IMG/VR virus record: IMGVR_UViG_3300021256_000068
Source: an uncultured virus (IMG/VR IMGVR_UViG_3300021256_000068)
Lineage: Duplodnaviria > Heunggongvirae > Uroviricota > Caudoviricetes
DNA length: 59,309 nt
Strand: one strand, 5' to 3'
Shown: one piece after another, positions 14,401-26,986 of the stretch
How positions within the stretch are numbered: the first letter of the stretch is position 1
Layout of the letters: the number at the start of each line of letters is the position of its first letter
The notes under the pieces: generated by a model
The model's input: only the letters and a program-made list of their open reading frames with translations
Databases searched by the model: none
Told to the model about the DNA's origin: nothing
Position numbers and translations under genes: made by a program

Positions 14401-16277
14401 ACATCACTATTCGTAATAGTAGAAATAATTTTTTCTCATGAGGTTGAAAGTCGATTTAACGCTGCCTCTAATCCTTGAGCGTAAACACCAATCTGTGCCA
14501 TTGTAGCACCTGCGGAACGAGATGAAATTTCTTGTAATTCAATAACTCTTTCATAATCATTCATCATCGCAATTAAACGAGATTGTTGACGAGTACCAGC
14601 TAAAGCTTTAGCAATTGCTGCTTGTTGATTAGCATTTAATGAATCCCATTTTTTACCTAAATCATCTAACACATCTTCAGTAGAACGTAATTCACCTGAT
14701 GTATTTTTTAATTGAATACCAACATATGCTAATTGACTTTCAACGTTATTTAAATCAACGCCATCTTCAAGGGTTTCACCATAGTCTGTAATTTCACGCA
14801 TACGCGCAATAACAGTCTTTAATGCGGTACCTATTGTCTCTGGCGCTTCACGTGTTGTTTCAAGACCTTTAGCAAGTAATGCAGTCGTATAGTCAATTGA
14901 CATACCTGCCAAATTAGCTTGTGATGCAACCTTACTTAATGCGATAGCAATTTCCTCATATGATGTCGCAGCATTTGCTGATACCGCTGCGAATTTATCT
15001 GAAACTTCCATCGCTTTATCTGTACTTAATTGGAAACCATTTAATGCAGTAGTTAAATAGTTAATTGAATCAGAAGTATCAATTGCTGCTACTTTTGCCG
15101 CAGAAATAGCTGCTTCTGCTAATTTTATTGCTTCTTGAGTACTTTTTCCTTGACGAATAAACTCAGTTACTGCCGCAGAAACTTCCTTTGTTGTCGAACC
15201 TAATTGAATAGCTAAATTTTGGTAATCTTGTAAAAGACCATAAACTTCTTTACGTGTTTTACCTGTAACCATCGCTTGCTCAGTTAGTGATTTATCCAAT
15301 CCAGTAATAGTACTTTTTACTTCACTCATAGCTCTTCTGGCTAAACGTAAACCAATAGTCCAAAGACTAAATTGTTTAGCGACTTTTCCTATACCAGAGG
15401 CTGCTTTTGTTGCATCTGCACTTATCGCACTTAAATTAGTTTGTGTATTTAATGCAATTTCTTTATTTTTTTCATCTACAAATTGAGTTTTAGTATCTGA
15501 CATTGCATTATGCATACCTTTAGATGTTTCAGATACTCCTTGTACTAAATCTATATCTTGAGAAGCGCCACTTTCTTGGTCTTTATTTAGAATACTATTA
15601 AAAGCGTCTTCAGCTTCTTTTATAGCTCTATTTAATTCGCTTAAATTCTTAGTTCCTTCTTTATACTCATCATTTCCTTCTTGATACAGTTTCGCCGCCT
15701 CTTTTAAAGCAGTCATTGCGCTCTCTGATGGAGTGCCGCCACCTTTTGTAGAAAAAGTAAGACCTTCATCAAATTTCCCATTTTTGTAATGTTTAGCAAC
15801 TGTTTCTAGTTTGGTAATAGGTTCTCCAGTACGAGTATTAGTAATATATCTTCCACGACTAAGAGCTTCAGTAAACTTTTCTTTTGCTTGCTCTTTTTTT
15901 AAAGATCCACTCTCTCTTAAACTTCTTTTTAAATTTTGTTGACTTTGAAGTTTCTTTAGATTATCTTCTGCCGCCTTAGCCTCTTTTGTTAAATTAGCAA
16001 CATTTTTTACTGCTGTTTCTAACATTGAAGCTACCTTTTTGAAGGCATTATTCATTGTTTTATATTGTTCTTCTGTGATTTTTTCTTGTTTATTAATAGA
16101 GTCTATTAGCTTTAAATTTTCTTTTATTTCAAGATATTGTTTTGTATTTAAAACAGGTTTTCCTGTCTTTGCATCTCTCTTTTCTTTTATTGTTTCAAGT
16201 TGCTTACTGTATTCACTAGTACTTTTACTAATTTCCTCTTTAATACTGCCTTCAACTTTAACTGTTAACTCAGCCAT
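11469..16277 (-). CDS. Tape measure protein, about 1600 aa (4 TGA=Trp)
   Basis: Helical Ala/Glu/Lys-rich sequence with a TP901-type core (TREAPETIGTALKT, LAGTRQQSRL); three ORFs joined at TGA 14436, 14331, 12858 and 11625. Confidence 0.9.
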
Positions 16278-16297
16278 GCGTCATCACCTCTATGGCA

Positions 16298-16699
16298 TTA
16301 ATTAATATCTTTATTCTTATCTCTTTCGTTTAAAATCATTTGATTTTTAATAATATCAGCTCCACCTAATTCTTTAAACTCTTGTAGTTGAGCTAATGTA
16401 GCTTCGTTATTTGCTTGTAAAATTGACCCACCTTGATCAAGTATCTCTGCAAGCTTCTCACCGTCTAAGCTATTAATAATATTATTAATCTTATTACTAA
16501 TAACTTTTGTATTAGTTAAATAGAATATTCTAGCATCTTTTACTAAATCCATTAAATTGATTTTGGTAGTTTTATAAAAAGTGCTTTGTTTATATTCCTT
16601 TTCAAATTCTTTTAATTCTAACAATACATCAAAGAAGTTATCACTTCCATCAAGTATTTCAAATAATCTTTTGTTTAAATATTCATTAGTAAATTCCAT
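16298..16699 (-). CDS. Putative tail assembly chaperone
   Basis: Small helical ORF directly upstream of the tape measure gene. Confidence 0.5.
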   Translation of the reverse strand: MEFTNEYLNKRLFEILDGSDNFFDVLLELKEFEKEYKQSTFYKTTKINLMDLVKDARIFYLTNTKVISNKINNIINSLDGEKLAEILDQGGSILQANNEATLAQLQEFKELGGADIIKNQMILNERDKNKDIN

Positions 16700-16729
16700 A
16701 TTATCAATCCTTTCTTTTTATCTTTTATT

Positions 16730-17449
16730 TTATTCTCAAGCGATATAATTTTCTACTTCATCGCTATCTTTTATTACTAAAAATGTTAAATCAATTGCGT
16801 TAGCATCAGAGTTAAAATATAATGTTTTATTAACTTGTACCACAGCCTTATCGATATGAATATGAGTTTCACTTGTTTCGTCGTCTTCATTAGATATTGT
16901 CGATATATCAAGAGTTACATAAACATTATTTCTTTTATTAAGAGAATATATATTATTTGTAATTACTTCATATACTACATTATAATATGCATCTGCAACT
17001 TCAACATCTATCTCATCACCATCTAATGTTGAATAGGCATCAGTAAGAATTGGCGCCGCATTTTCATCATCAGAGTAATAAACATATACCATTTTCTTTT
17101 GTTTTCCCATACCTTTAGTAAGATATATTTTTTTATCTTCAGAAGATAATAATTTTTCATGGTATGAAACCGAAAATCCTTCTTTTTTTGAATAAATTAG
17201 ATTCAAAATTTTATCTGTGAGTGTTACGTTATATATTGAAAAACTATTTATTTTTTCTACTGCATATCCAGCAGCTCGTTCTGTTCCTGACATATCTGTA
17301 TTACGAGAAGTAAAGTTAATTAAACCATTTTCACCTTTAATGATTGTATAAGGTTCTCCATCGTAAGTTGGCTTATAACTACCAATTGGGTCACAACTAT
17401 ATGCACGAATAATACAATCTATTTGATTTCCTATTTTATGTGTTGCCAT
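16730..17449 (-). CDS. Hypothetical virion-associated protein
   Basis: GAGGTG RBS and own promoter; the TGA at 16736 reads through two codons to TAA. Confidence 0.6.
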
Positions 17450-17566
17450 ACTAACACCTCTTCTTTTCTCTAATAATAGTATAGACTACAAAATTAAAAA
17501 TATCAACTATGGAAATATGACAAAAATAAAAAGACTCACAACTTTCGTTATGAGTCCGAATATTAA

Positions 17567-17821
17567 CTATGCAGCTTCAGTAACATCCTCTTCAGCACTA
17601 GCAGTTGCTTCGTCATAAGAGAAATGTCCTTTACCTAAATTATCAATAGCGTAATCATTATCTGCATCAAGATAAATTACATCAATGTAATCTCCTGCTT
17701 GAGTCATTGTTACTTTTTTAAGACCAATAACTCTAGTAAAAGATACTGCATTACCTTGAATGACACCACGGTAATAAACTAAATCTGCACCACGTTGATA
17801 AATGTTTACTGTATATCGCAT
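17567..17821 (-). CDS. Small hypothetical structural protein
   Basis: AGGTG RBS; follows the putative tail tube gene. Confidence 0.6.
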   Translation of the reverse strand: MRYTVNIYQRGADLVYYRGVIQGNAVSFTRVIGLKKVTMTQAGDYIDVIYLDADNDYAIDNLGKGHFSYDEATASAEEDVTEAA

Positions 17822-17856
17822 ATTATCACCTATTTTTAAAATTTATTTTTATTTAA

Positions 17857-18858
17857 TTACTCTCCAGTAGAATCAGTAGCAGTTGAATTAGTTGTATCTA
17901 CAATAATTCCTGCATTGTCTGCATAGTCAAGTTGTGGCATAATTGAATAGAAAGTACCAGTTACAATACCATCTTTATCTCCGCCTTTAGTTTTTGTATC
18001 TTCTATATATAAATTACCAATTAAAATCTTAGTTTCAATTAAGTCACCATTCATATCAAATACAGTAGCATCGCCTTCTGCATCTTGAGTTAAATTGAAT
18101 AATGAATCTGATAAGAAATCATAGAAGATTACATATGCAGGTACTTGAGCACCTGTATTAGCATCAATAATGAAAGTATCACCGATAATTGTCTTATGTC
18201 CTGCAAAAGTAGTAGTTGCATGTAAAACATCACTAGATTCATCATTTTCAATTAATGATGTTGTTCCAGCATATTGAGTTCTAAAATATTCAACAGTTAA
18301 ACCTGTTAAAGCTTCTAGAGCTTCAGCATTACCTAATGCATCTTGCATTTCAAGACGAGCAGTCTTACCATATTTAACTAATGGAGATGCGTTTTGACCA
18401 CCAGTAATAGTCTTTGTAGGTCCTTCTTGAGTAGAGTTTGCAGTTTTTAAATACTTTAATGTAGCAATTGGATTTGTCATTAGATATAAAGCAATAATTT
18501 CATTAGCTTTAAAATCTTTGAAATCTAATTTAACATCTTTTACGGAATATTTATAAGGATCTAGTGGTGTTCCAGCTCCAGTTCTTTCAACATATTTATG
18601 TTCATCTGTAGCTACTCCACCAATTTCAACTTTAGTTACAACATCAATATTATCATAAATATTTTGTAAAGCTTTTTGTACAGCAGGATTGCTCTCTCCA
18701 GAATTTCCTGCAATTAATCCTTCATATTCAGTCATATTCATTCCATCATAAACGTCATAAATCTTAGCGTTCATAACAGTAACAATACCGAACTTTCTTA
18801 AGGCCTTATTCCAAACACCAGTGGTACCCTTTAAGTTACTATAAGAATTTGTAGCCAT
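17857..18858 (-). CDS. Putative major tail tube protein
   Basis: Position between neck genes and the tape measure gene; beta-rich; no TGA. Confidence 0.6.
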   Translation of the reverse strand: MATNSYSNLKGTTGVWNKALRKFGIVTVMNAKIYDVYDGMNMTEYEGLIAGNSGESNPAVQKALQNIYDNIDVVTKVEIGGVATDEHKYVERTGAGTPLDPYKYSVKDVKLDFKDFKANEIIALYLMTNPIATLKYLKTANSTQEGPTKTITGGQNASPLVKYGKTARLEMQDALGNAEALEALTGLTVEYFRTQYAGTTSLIENDESSDVLHATTTFAGHKTIIGDTFIIDANTGAQVPAYVIFYDFLSDSLFNLTQDAEGDATVFDMNGDLIETKILIGNLYIEDTKTKGGDKDGIVTGTFYSIMPQLDYADNAGIIVDTTNSTATDSTGE

Positions 18859-18876
18859 TTGTATACCTCATCTTAA

Positions 18877-19608
18877 TTATTTTATAAAGAATTCGGGTGT
18901 TTTACCCTTCTTTAAATTACCCGCAGCGTAAGCCATTTTGGTTACGTCGTAAGACACTGACTGTGCGGCATAATTATATAATCAGTGAATTTGAGCCATT
19001 GTTTGATTAAATAAATAATCAAAAGTGAGAGAAGGAATTTGATACGAGATTGTGAGCAAGATTTTTAAAATCTGATCTGTATCTCCACCTTTGTTTTTAA
19101 TTCTACTAACCTGCTTTTCGAACTGTTTTTGAGCCAGATAAAGTTCTTCAGCGGCTTTACTTTCAAACTTAAGTGGTTTTTCTTCTTTTTCTCCACAAGA
19201 TAATTTTAAAATAGATATGATATGATTTCAAATCTCAGATGTAATAATAACACCATTTGCAATCATTTCATTGAGTTGAAAATTAAACTCTAAATCATCA
19301 ATAAGAATACTCAATTGTTCTCGTAAAATTTTTACTATTTTTGCATATTGAATATACTTTCCTAAATCAAAAATTAAAGTTTTTATTTCAACTAAACATT
19401 CAGAGGACTGATAAGATTTAGGTAAAATCTTTTTACGATACTCTTCTCTACACATTATAGTATAACAAGTACTTCATTCTTCATTAGAGAAGAAATCTTT
19501 TAATGATTTTAAATGTATAGTAATTACTTGATTATCAATAAAAATTTTTACCGCTTTGTCTTCTTTTACAAATAAATTTAATAGCGAATAATTATTAGTA
19601 ATTGCCAC
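18877..19608 (-). CDS. Hypothetical neck/tail assembly protein (TGA=Trp)
   Basis: GTG start overlaps the upstream TAG; ORF 19228-19455 extends both ways through TGA. Confidence 0.65.
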
Positions 19609-20126
19609 TACAAATCAGCCCCTTTCGAAGGTTGGTCTGAAATTTCAAATTCAATTTTATATCCAAATAGATAATTTGAATAAGATAATGCGGAAGAACC
19701 AGTAACTTCAAGTTGTCCTGAGCAACTAAATTTCTCTCCATCTATTAAATCTGTTATTTCAGACATTAATTCCATTAAACGTAAACCATAATCATCTAAT
19801 TGCAAATGGTCTAAATCAGAACAAATAAATACTGAACCAGCGAAAGTATTATTATTATCTTTCTTTCTTAATACGTTATTCGTTGCTACATTTATAACCA
19901 TAAATGTATTACGTCCCATATTTTTTATCCCCGTTTCATTCAATGGAATAATAGAAAAGTATTTCTCGTCCATTAATTGTTTCAAAGTAAGCGGCGAAAA
20001 ATCCGCTGTTAAAGCGTCACTTGAGTCGATTACTAACAATCTTTGGATAGTTTCATTTTGTGAAAAAAGACGGCATAATTCTAATGGAAGTTTTTTAATA
20101 TTCTTAAAATTTCTAATATCTCCCAT
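19608..20126 (-). CDS. Putative tail terminator/neck protein
   Basis: Intact ORF in the neck gene position. Confidence 0.55.
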   Translation of the reverse strand: MGDIRNFKNIKKLPLELCRLFSQNETIQRLLVIDSSDALTADFSPLTLKQLMDEKYFSIIPLNETGIKNMGRNTFMVINVATNNVLRKKDNNNTFAGSVFICSDLDHLQLDDYGLRLMELMSEITDLIDGEKFSCSGQLEVTGSSALSYSNYLFGYKIEFEISDQPSKGADL

Positions 20127-20127
20127 T

Positions 20128-20961
20128 TTATTCACCGTCCTTTGTATAAGTTATAGTAAGAATTTCTCCTTGTTGCTTAACTTCAATTTCCACAACATCA
20201 ACTCCAAAAGGAATTGAGAATTTAACTAGATTGCTTGTTCTAGAAATGACTTTTAATACTTTACAAGAAGTTCTAAAGTATCCATTTTCAGTTTCAACTT
20301 CATATTCTTGATTTGGAATAATCTTGTATGGATTTTCATCCCTATCAAATGGAATTTCTTCCGCCTTTTCTATCACTGGCTTATTATCAACTCGAGCTTC
20401 AATTTCATCTTTACTCATAGTAGTTGCAGTAACTGAATAATAAGTTACGCCTGGATGAGTATAATTATCGAACTCTTGAATTAACCAAGCTCTATCAGCA
20501 ATCATTACTTTATCATTATAATTAAAAGGTTTCCCTGCGGTAACTAACAATGGTTTTGCTAATGATTTTATAAATGCATCTTGTCTTAAACTTACATCAA
20601 TATAATCATCTTTCTTGAAATACCATCAAGTTCCGTCAGCTTCTATATTACATAAAAGGGCGTGATATTTTCTAAACTTTACATCTTTAATGATAACTAT
20701 TTCTTCATCTACTAAAAAGTGTAAACCCTTAACATTCCAACAAGAGCCAATTTGAATTGGTTCTCTGTATGGAGTGTAAATATACCCCTCATCATTTTCT
20801 TGTTTATTGTATACATAAGCAAGTTGAGTAACAGTATTGTCTGCATCATTAATCATAACTATAGACGCATATCCTAATGCGATAAAATCTGCATTTACAT
20901 TCTTTTCTGAGTTACTCATCCATTGATTACGTTGCTTAAATCTCTCAAATGCATTAGCCAT
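20128..20961 (-). CDS. Putative head closure protein (TGA=Trp)
   Basis: ORFs 20626 and 20128 fuse through the TGA at 20626 (GT[W]WYFKK). Confidence 0.6.
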
Positions 20962-21463
20962 TAATATCACCTACCGCTGGACGCTTTGATGTATTAACTC
21001 TGCTATAATGCTCTTCTAACTCTCTTGCATCAGTACGATAAGTGCTATATTGTTTAATCCACTTATCTATTGCATTAGCTTTTGAGAAAGTCTTAATATT
21101 TGAGTCAGTATAAATGTCTTCAAAATTATTTGAATTAGACATTAATCTTTCACACCAATATACTTTCATTCATGCGATGATAATCGATACCTCAGCATAT
21201 TTAACATCATCTGAGTTGAAATATGCATGAGGTACTCCATCTTGATCATCATCAGTAACTTCTACGGTTTCACCGTTGTCGTCAGTTTTCGCATAATAAG
21301 TGGTGTAGTCTAATGAGGTATGAGGAAACTTAAAAGCCGCGATCGCACGACAAGCTAAATGATAGCATTCTTCATCTAGCAAATCCTTTGTAATTACGCC
21401 ATAATATGAACCTCTTATTGTATCCCTAAAAGCGGGATATAAACAATCATCTCATTTTTGCAT
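20954..21463 (-). CDS. Putative head-tail adaptor (2 TGA=Trp)
   Basis: MQK[W]DD...IIA[W]MKVYW; two supplied ORFs abut at a single TGA. Confidence 0.65.
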
Positions 21464-21490
21464 ACATTACACCTCTTTACTTATTTTATT

Positions 21491-21991
21491 TTATTCTTCG
21501 TTCAAAGAGAATGATACATTTAATGTTTGTTCAAGCATTTGCTTTACACCAACAGTAAGTTTATCAATGTTTGCTTTTGCTATATCCATAACTTTATCTT
21601 TACCAAACTCTTTAATTGCAGATTCAATTGCTGCTCTGTTGCCCTTTTGTAGGCGGGTAAGAATAGTTTCATTTGTTTTTTCATCTGCGGGCACAAAGTC
21701 TAATTCATCCGCGAAATAAAGATTGGCTTCTTTTGCTGCTGAAACTAATTCATTGATATCACTAAAAGTGAAATATCCTTTTTTAAATAATCTATAGACT
21801 TCGTTATTAGTAAAAACTCCCAATGCTAAACTAATAGGCATTGTAATTATTTTATTTGTATTGCTTGCTCCTAATTTAATTAATCTTACATTAGAAGGGT
21901 TATCATAAGGTGATAAATTGAAGATAATTAAATTTGGTGTTGTATTAATCATTCTAATTGTTTTGTTAAAATTTACTTCGGACATATTCAA
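21491..21991 (-). CDS. Hypothetical protein downstream of the capsid gene
   Basis: Intact ORF; AAAGGGG RBS. Confidence 0.65.
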   Translation of the reverse strand: MNMSEVNFNKTIRMINTTPNLIIFNLSPYDNPSNVRLIKLGASNTNKIITMPISLALGVFTNNEVYRLFKKGYFTFSDINELVSAAKEANLYFADELDFVPADEKTNETILTRLQKGNRAAIESAIKEFGKDKVMDIAKANIDKLTVGVKQMLEQTLNVSFSLNEE

Positions 21992-22093
21992 AGTCCCCTT
22001 TCTGATAATTATTTTTTTGGATTGTTTATTTATTAAAGAAATAATTGGAATAATCGGAAGAGTGGGGTTACCACTCTCCTTTATTTATTCTAA

Positions 22094-23188
22094 TTAGTGT
22101 TGGATGAATTCAGAATCTTCTAAACCATCGATTGCAGCATCAGATACTTCGATAACTGCATAGTTGTTAGCCATAGCAAGACCAACACCTAACATTCTAT
22201 TGATTTCCCACTTTTCTCCACCAACAGCGTTGTTGTTCTTTTGGATTAAAGTTTCGCCCTTGAATGCAACCTTAACTGGTTTAACACCTGTAGCTAATAC
22301 GAATACCTTATCAACATCGTAGAACCACTTAGTATTAGAGTTATCTAATAAGTAGTTAGGTAATTCAATTACTTGAGCACCCTTATAGATAGTTACGTGA
22401 CCTAAACGTCTAACATCTTCATTATCTTCACGAGTTGGGTATTGGATTACTACACCACCAGTAGTAGTTGAAGCAACTGGGTTGTATAAATCAGAAATTG
22501 CTTGGTATGAACCAATAATTGTAGGTTGACCATAAGCTTTAACATATGGCATTACTACATCGATAGCTTGACCTAATGTAGCCTTAGTAGCAACAACTTT
22601 ACCACCTTGAGCTTCACCAATTCTTGCGTATCCTGCAGCTGGAGTACCAGATGCTAATTCCTCGAATACTTCCTTATAAATTTCTTCTTGGAATCCTTCT
22701 ACAATTGTAGCAAACATTTCAGCTAAAGTAACCTTACCAGCAAGTAATTCCTCTAATGAAATGAATACAGATGCAGTTTCAACGTAAGTAGGTAAAGTAA
22801 ATGTAGCAGAAGTTAATCTAGCTGCACGGTAGATACCTTCTCTTGAACCCTTACTAATAACTAATTTAGCACGATTCTTACCTAACTTATTAAGTTCGAA
22901 TACAACTTCTTCGTCTCTTGCGAAAGTCTTAACTTCAGCAAATTGACCTAAAACGTCCTTAATCTTTGCAGGAACGATTTCATCAACAGCTTCCTCGATT
23001 AATGCAAATGCTGCACCTTCTACTGCTCTAATATCTCTAACAGATGCGTTCTCAGGTAAACCTAAAGTTTCGCAAATTTTCTTAACTGCGGCTTCATTTA
23101 CGTCTAAAGCTGAGAAAGTTGTATCGCCGAATACTACGGCTTGATTTTGGCAAGCGCCTTTAATTAATGTTAATAATTCTCTTTCCAT
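22094..23188 (-). CDS. Major capsid protein
   Basis: 364 aa; follows the protease/scaffold and decoration-like genes; strongly biased codon usage; Trp encoded only by TGG. Confidence 0.8.
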   Translation of the reverse strand: MERELLTLIKGACQNQAVVFGDTTFSALDVNEAAVKKICETLGLPENASVRDIRAVEGAAFALIEEAVDEIVPAKIKDVLGQFAEVKTFARDEEVVFELNKLGKNRAKLVISKGSREGIYRAARLTSATFTLPTYVETASVFISLEELLAGKVTLAEMFATIVEGFQEEIYKEVFEELASGTPAAGYARIGEAQGGKVVATKATLGQAIDVVMPYVKAYGQPTIIGSYQAISDLYNPVASTTTGGVVIQYPTREDNEDVRRLGHVTIYKGAQVIELPNYLLDNSNTKWFYDVDKVFVLATGVKPVKVAFKGETLIQKNNNAVGGEKWEINRMLGVGLAMANNYAVIEVSDAAIDGLEDSEFIQH

Positions 23189-23201
23189 TCTTTCTCACCT
23201 C

Positions 23202-23786
23202 TTACTTTAAGAATACATAAGTATATGATGGTTGACCATCAGCAAACTTATTGCAATCTAAGAAATCATCGAAACAATATTGAGCATGGTCAGTAGCAGT
23301 AGTATTACCATCAATATAGTTTCTAGTAATGCATGCGATACGACCTGCAGTAATAGCAGCTGCCATTTGATCGCTATCTGGTGCATAAGTAGTAGTGAAT
23401 TCATCACCAGGAATTAATTGTACTAAACGAGCAGGATCATGAGTAATTTCTGCAGCATAGTAGTTGAAGTTGTTACCAAATGGAACAATCTCTTCAGTAT
23501 AAGTTACAAATAATGGAGCATTATTGTCAGCATTAGTTGCATAATCAATATAACCATCAGCAGTTAATTGAGCTAATTGACCATTTTCAACGAAATAGTA
23601 GCCTGGAACTTTAGTAGCGTTAATTAACTTATTAGCTGCTTCAGCTGCTGCAGCTGCCTTTAATGTACCATCAGCGTTATAAACACCTTTTGGTTCAACT
23701 TGTGCTACAACGAAGCCAGGTTGTAAACCTTTTAAGTTATTAGGTTCAATAATGTTGAATTTTGGTAAAAAATCAAAAATATTCAT
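23202..23786 (-). CDS. Putative capsid decoration/cement protein
   Basis: Between scaffold and capsid genes; VENG and GDEFTT motifs typical of this position. Confidence 0.55.
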   Translation of the reverse strand: MNIFDFLPKFNIIEPNNLKGLQPGFVVAQVEPKGVYNADGTLKAAAAAEAANKLINATKVPGYYFVENGQLAQLTADGYIDYATNADNNAPLFVTYTEEIVPFGNNFNYYAAEITHDPARLVQLIPGDEFTTTYAPDSDQMAAAITAGRIACITRNYIDGNTTATDHAQYCFDDFLDCNKFADGQPSYTYVFLK

Positions 23787-23808
23787 TCTTATAACCTCAT
23801 ATATCTTT

Positions 23809-25335
23809 CTATTTATTTAGGACTTTTGCAACGATGTGTCCTAGATCATCGGTTTTATCTTGTGTTGAATCATTTCTTACCATTGGGTTACAGAAACCTC
23901 TAATGACAGTATTTTGAGAATTTTTATATACTTTTAATAATTCAACAGTTAAATCAGAGAATTCATACTCATCTACTCTAGAAACGAAATCAGCAAATTG
24001 TTCATTACTTAACGCTTCTTTATATTCATTAATTAGTTCGATTTTTTGTTTTCTTTGATCGGCTTTAAGTTCTTCTTGTTCACTATTAGTAAATGTGGAA
24101 GCACTTGGGTCTTCTTTTTGTTGATTTTCATTTTCATTTACACTATAGGCAGATGAACTTTCTTGAACTTGCGAATTAGGTGCTTGCTCTTGATTTGCGT
24201 CTGCAGGATTTGGATCTGCATTACTTACATCTTCTGATTGAACTTGAGCTTGAGCTGGGTCGCCAATAGGTTGCTCAGTAGTAGGTTCTGTTTGAACTTG
24301 TACTTCAGGCTCAGCTTCTGATTGTCCTTCCGCAGGAGTTTCAAATTCTTGACCATTAGTAGGTTCTACAGACTCTTCTGGGCTATTTGTACTTTCTGGA
24401 TTTACGTTAGTTGGGTCTTCAAAAGTTTGGCTAGGCTCACTTGCTTGTTCAACAGGAACGTAAGTAGGTCTAACTTCAACAACGTCACCTAAAGTGACTT
24501 CACCATTTTCTGTGCAAGTATACTTAATATCTAAGTACTTCTTACCACCCATATAATAGTACATAACAACAACCGCATGGTCATTAAATGCATCTAATAA
24601 GATAGGGTAGCCGTCATTACCATATTCTTGCATAATGGCTGATGAAACTTTTTCACTTATGTCACCCCAAGAAAGCTCCATAAAATCAGAAATCTTTTCT
24701 CCGCCTTCCTTTTCTACGTTATTAATGTTTACAGTAGAGTTTTCGCAATATTCTCTTAATGTTTTCATTTTTTCTTCAAAATCTGAAGTGCTAAAGAAAC
24801 CAGAACCAGTGAACGCAGGTCTTTGGTCATCGCCTAATACGCTAACACCAATGATTTCTCCTTCAGTAAACTCCATATTTTTGAAGTGTTTCTTTTCGTC
24901 ATAGTTAATTTTGTACTTTACAGTACTAGGGTTTAGTTCTAAAGATTGACTATGACCAACAATCTTTTTAGCTATCTCGCCAACTTCTCCAGGACGTTCA
25001 GTATATAATACAACATCACAAACAGCCCATGTATTACCATCGTCCATTACTTTAAATTCTGGCTCACATTTTGGATCGACAATACCATAGATTGCTTGCT
25101 CAGATGCATGACCAACAAAGTCTCCTTTTTCACGGTCATAATATCCAACAACTGGAGCATATGCTGCTGTAGGCAAAAGCGCCTCAGAAAAGGCTTCACT
25201 AAACAATCTCTTATCAGCAGTTTCGCCCTTATAGAAAATGTTTAATTTACCACGACTAAAGCGAGTATCATTTTCATCAGTAACGAAATCAGACATTGTG
25301 GCAGGTAAGCTAAAGTTTAATTCTTTTTTCTTCAT
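23809..25335 (-). CDS. Prohead protease-scaffold fusion
   Basis: FVGH, HSQSLEL and GVSVLGDDQRPAF protease motifs, then an acidic E/P/Q-rich linker and a helical C-terminus. Confidence 0.8.
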   Translation of the reverse strand: MKKKELNFSLPATMSDFVTDENDTRFSRGKLNIFYKGETADKRLFSEAFSEALLPTAAYAPVVGYYDREKGDFVGHASEQAIYGIVDPKCEPEFKVMDDGNTWAVCDVVLYTERPGEVGEIAKKIVGHSQSLELNPSTVKYKINYDEKKHFKNMEFTEGEIIGVSVLGDDQRPAFTGSGFFSTSDFEEKMKTLREYCENSTVNINNVEKEGGEKISDFMELSWGDISEKVSSAIMQEYGNDGYPILLDAFNDHAVVVMYYYMGGKKYLDIKYTCTENGEVTLGDVVEVRPTYVPVEQASEPSQTFEDPTNVNPESTNSPEESVEPTNGQEFETPAEGQSEAEPEVQVQTEPTTEQPIGDPAQAQVQSEDVSNADPNPADANQEQAPNSQVQESSSAYSVNENENQQKEDPSASTFTNSEQEELKADQRKQKIELINEYKEALSNEQFADFVSRVDEYEFSDLTVELLKVYKNSQNTVIRGFCNPMVRNDSTQDKTDDLGHIVAKVLNK

Positions 25336-25366
25336 TGTTTACCTCTAGTTCTACTGTTCTTGATTA

Positions 25367-26968
25367 CTATTCCTTAGTTTGCTTTTTATCATCTGATGGC
25401 TCAATTCCAGATGCTTTATCAGCCTGGTCGGAATTCTTATCGCTTAATGACTTATTATCACCGCTATCATCACTTTCCTCATTTCCGCTTTGAGTATATG
25501 ATGTTTGCATTGGTTTTAAATCATTAAGTTGTAAGTAGTCTTCAAGAATAAGTTGATCTTGAATATTCTTTTGTTTAGTTCCTGATGCTATAAAGTAATC
25601 AAGCTTATTTACTCCAAGAGTAGCATTATCTTTATATATCTTTATATCATCATTATAAGTATAGTTTGAAATTGGTAAAATTTCAATATCGGCTTGATAG
25701 TTTTTTCAGTCTCATCCATTATTGACAGCAATAATATAGAAATTAGTTATAGCTTCAACATATTTATATATAACACTTTTATCTCTACGTATTGTCATTT
25801 TTAATGCTTCAACACTATCAGAAGTGAAAATTGTGCTATTTAAACCAGCATTATTGAATATATCTCTATATGCTTTTGCGGTTACATCACTATCTGAGCT
25901 ATCTGTATCACTAATTTTTTCAACGTGAACTTCACCCCAAGTGGTAATTAAACGCGCTTTATCATCAACCTCAATCTTACTGCGCAATGAACGGTGTAAA
26001 TCTTGAACTTCATCAACAGTGAAAATTAAATCTGTTTGGAAGTGAGGCATTGTTTGAACAACTAGATACTTTAATAAATTGCCGTTACGCTCTAATTCAT
26101 TATCTTGATATTGTTCATAATTACCAATAGAACCAAGAGTATATAATAAGTATGGGATACCTTCTGGATTTAATAAAATCGCGGTTGAAAAACGAGGGTC
26201 TAAAGTTTGCCATAACTCATTTTCAGGGTTCTCCTTGTATACTTTATATAATGCTAAAAATTCTTCAGAGAAAGAGGTTTTAATATACTCATAAAGTTCT
26301 TTTTCGTTTGCATATAATCCATCGAAGTAGTCCATTCTAAATTGAATAATCGCAGTGCCATATTGTGTTTGAGCAATAGTCTTACAATAATGAGGTGGTA
26401 GTAATAAAGTACTTACACAAAATCTCTCTTTATCAAAAACTGTTGTAAGATAAACACTACCTTGAGTATATAGGTTAGTTAGAATTTCTGGATATATAGT
26501 TTCAATACCAATACCATCTACAACTTCAAGCATTTCTCTATAAGTTAAGTCATATTTTTTATTAACTGCATCAGCATTTAACTTTTTAACTCTACTATTA
26601 GTCATCAACTTGTGCGGAACAACTTTATATCTATAAATAAAGAAGTTTGCAAAGTAATCAATAATAGATTTGTAAATAGGGTTAGTCATATAAAGTCTAG
26701 TTGATGCTTCAACTAATACTTGCTTTTGAGTACTAGCAATACCAGAATTGATTGCCTTTTGTAAAATATTTCTAACTTCTTCAGCCTTTTTTAATTTTAA
26801 ATTTTTATAACTATAAGGTTGATTAAATCTATTACCTCTTGTTGTTTCATCATCATAAAAGTTTTTTAAATTATTACGACTTACTTTTTTAGTTGAGAAG
26901 GTTGTAGCATCTGCAACTGCAACTACTTCTTCTTCTTTTTGTTCTACTTTTTTGTTATTTTTACTCAT
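25367..26968 (-). CDS. Portal protein (2 TGA=Trp)
   Basis: About 533 aa after reading through TGA 25712 and 25706; C-terminal PMQTSYTQSG; lies between terminase and protease. Confidence 0.8.
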
Positions 26969-26986
26969 TTTAAATAACACCTCTTT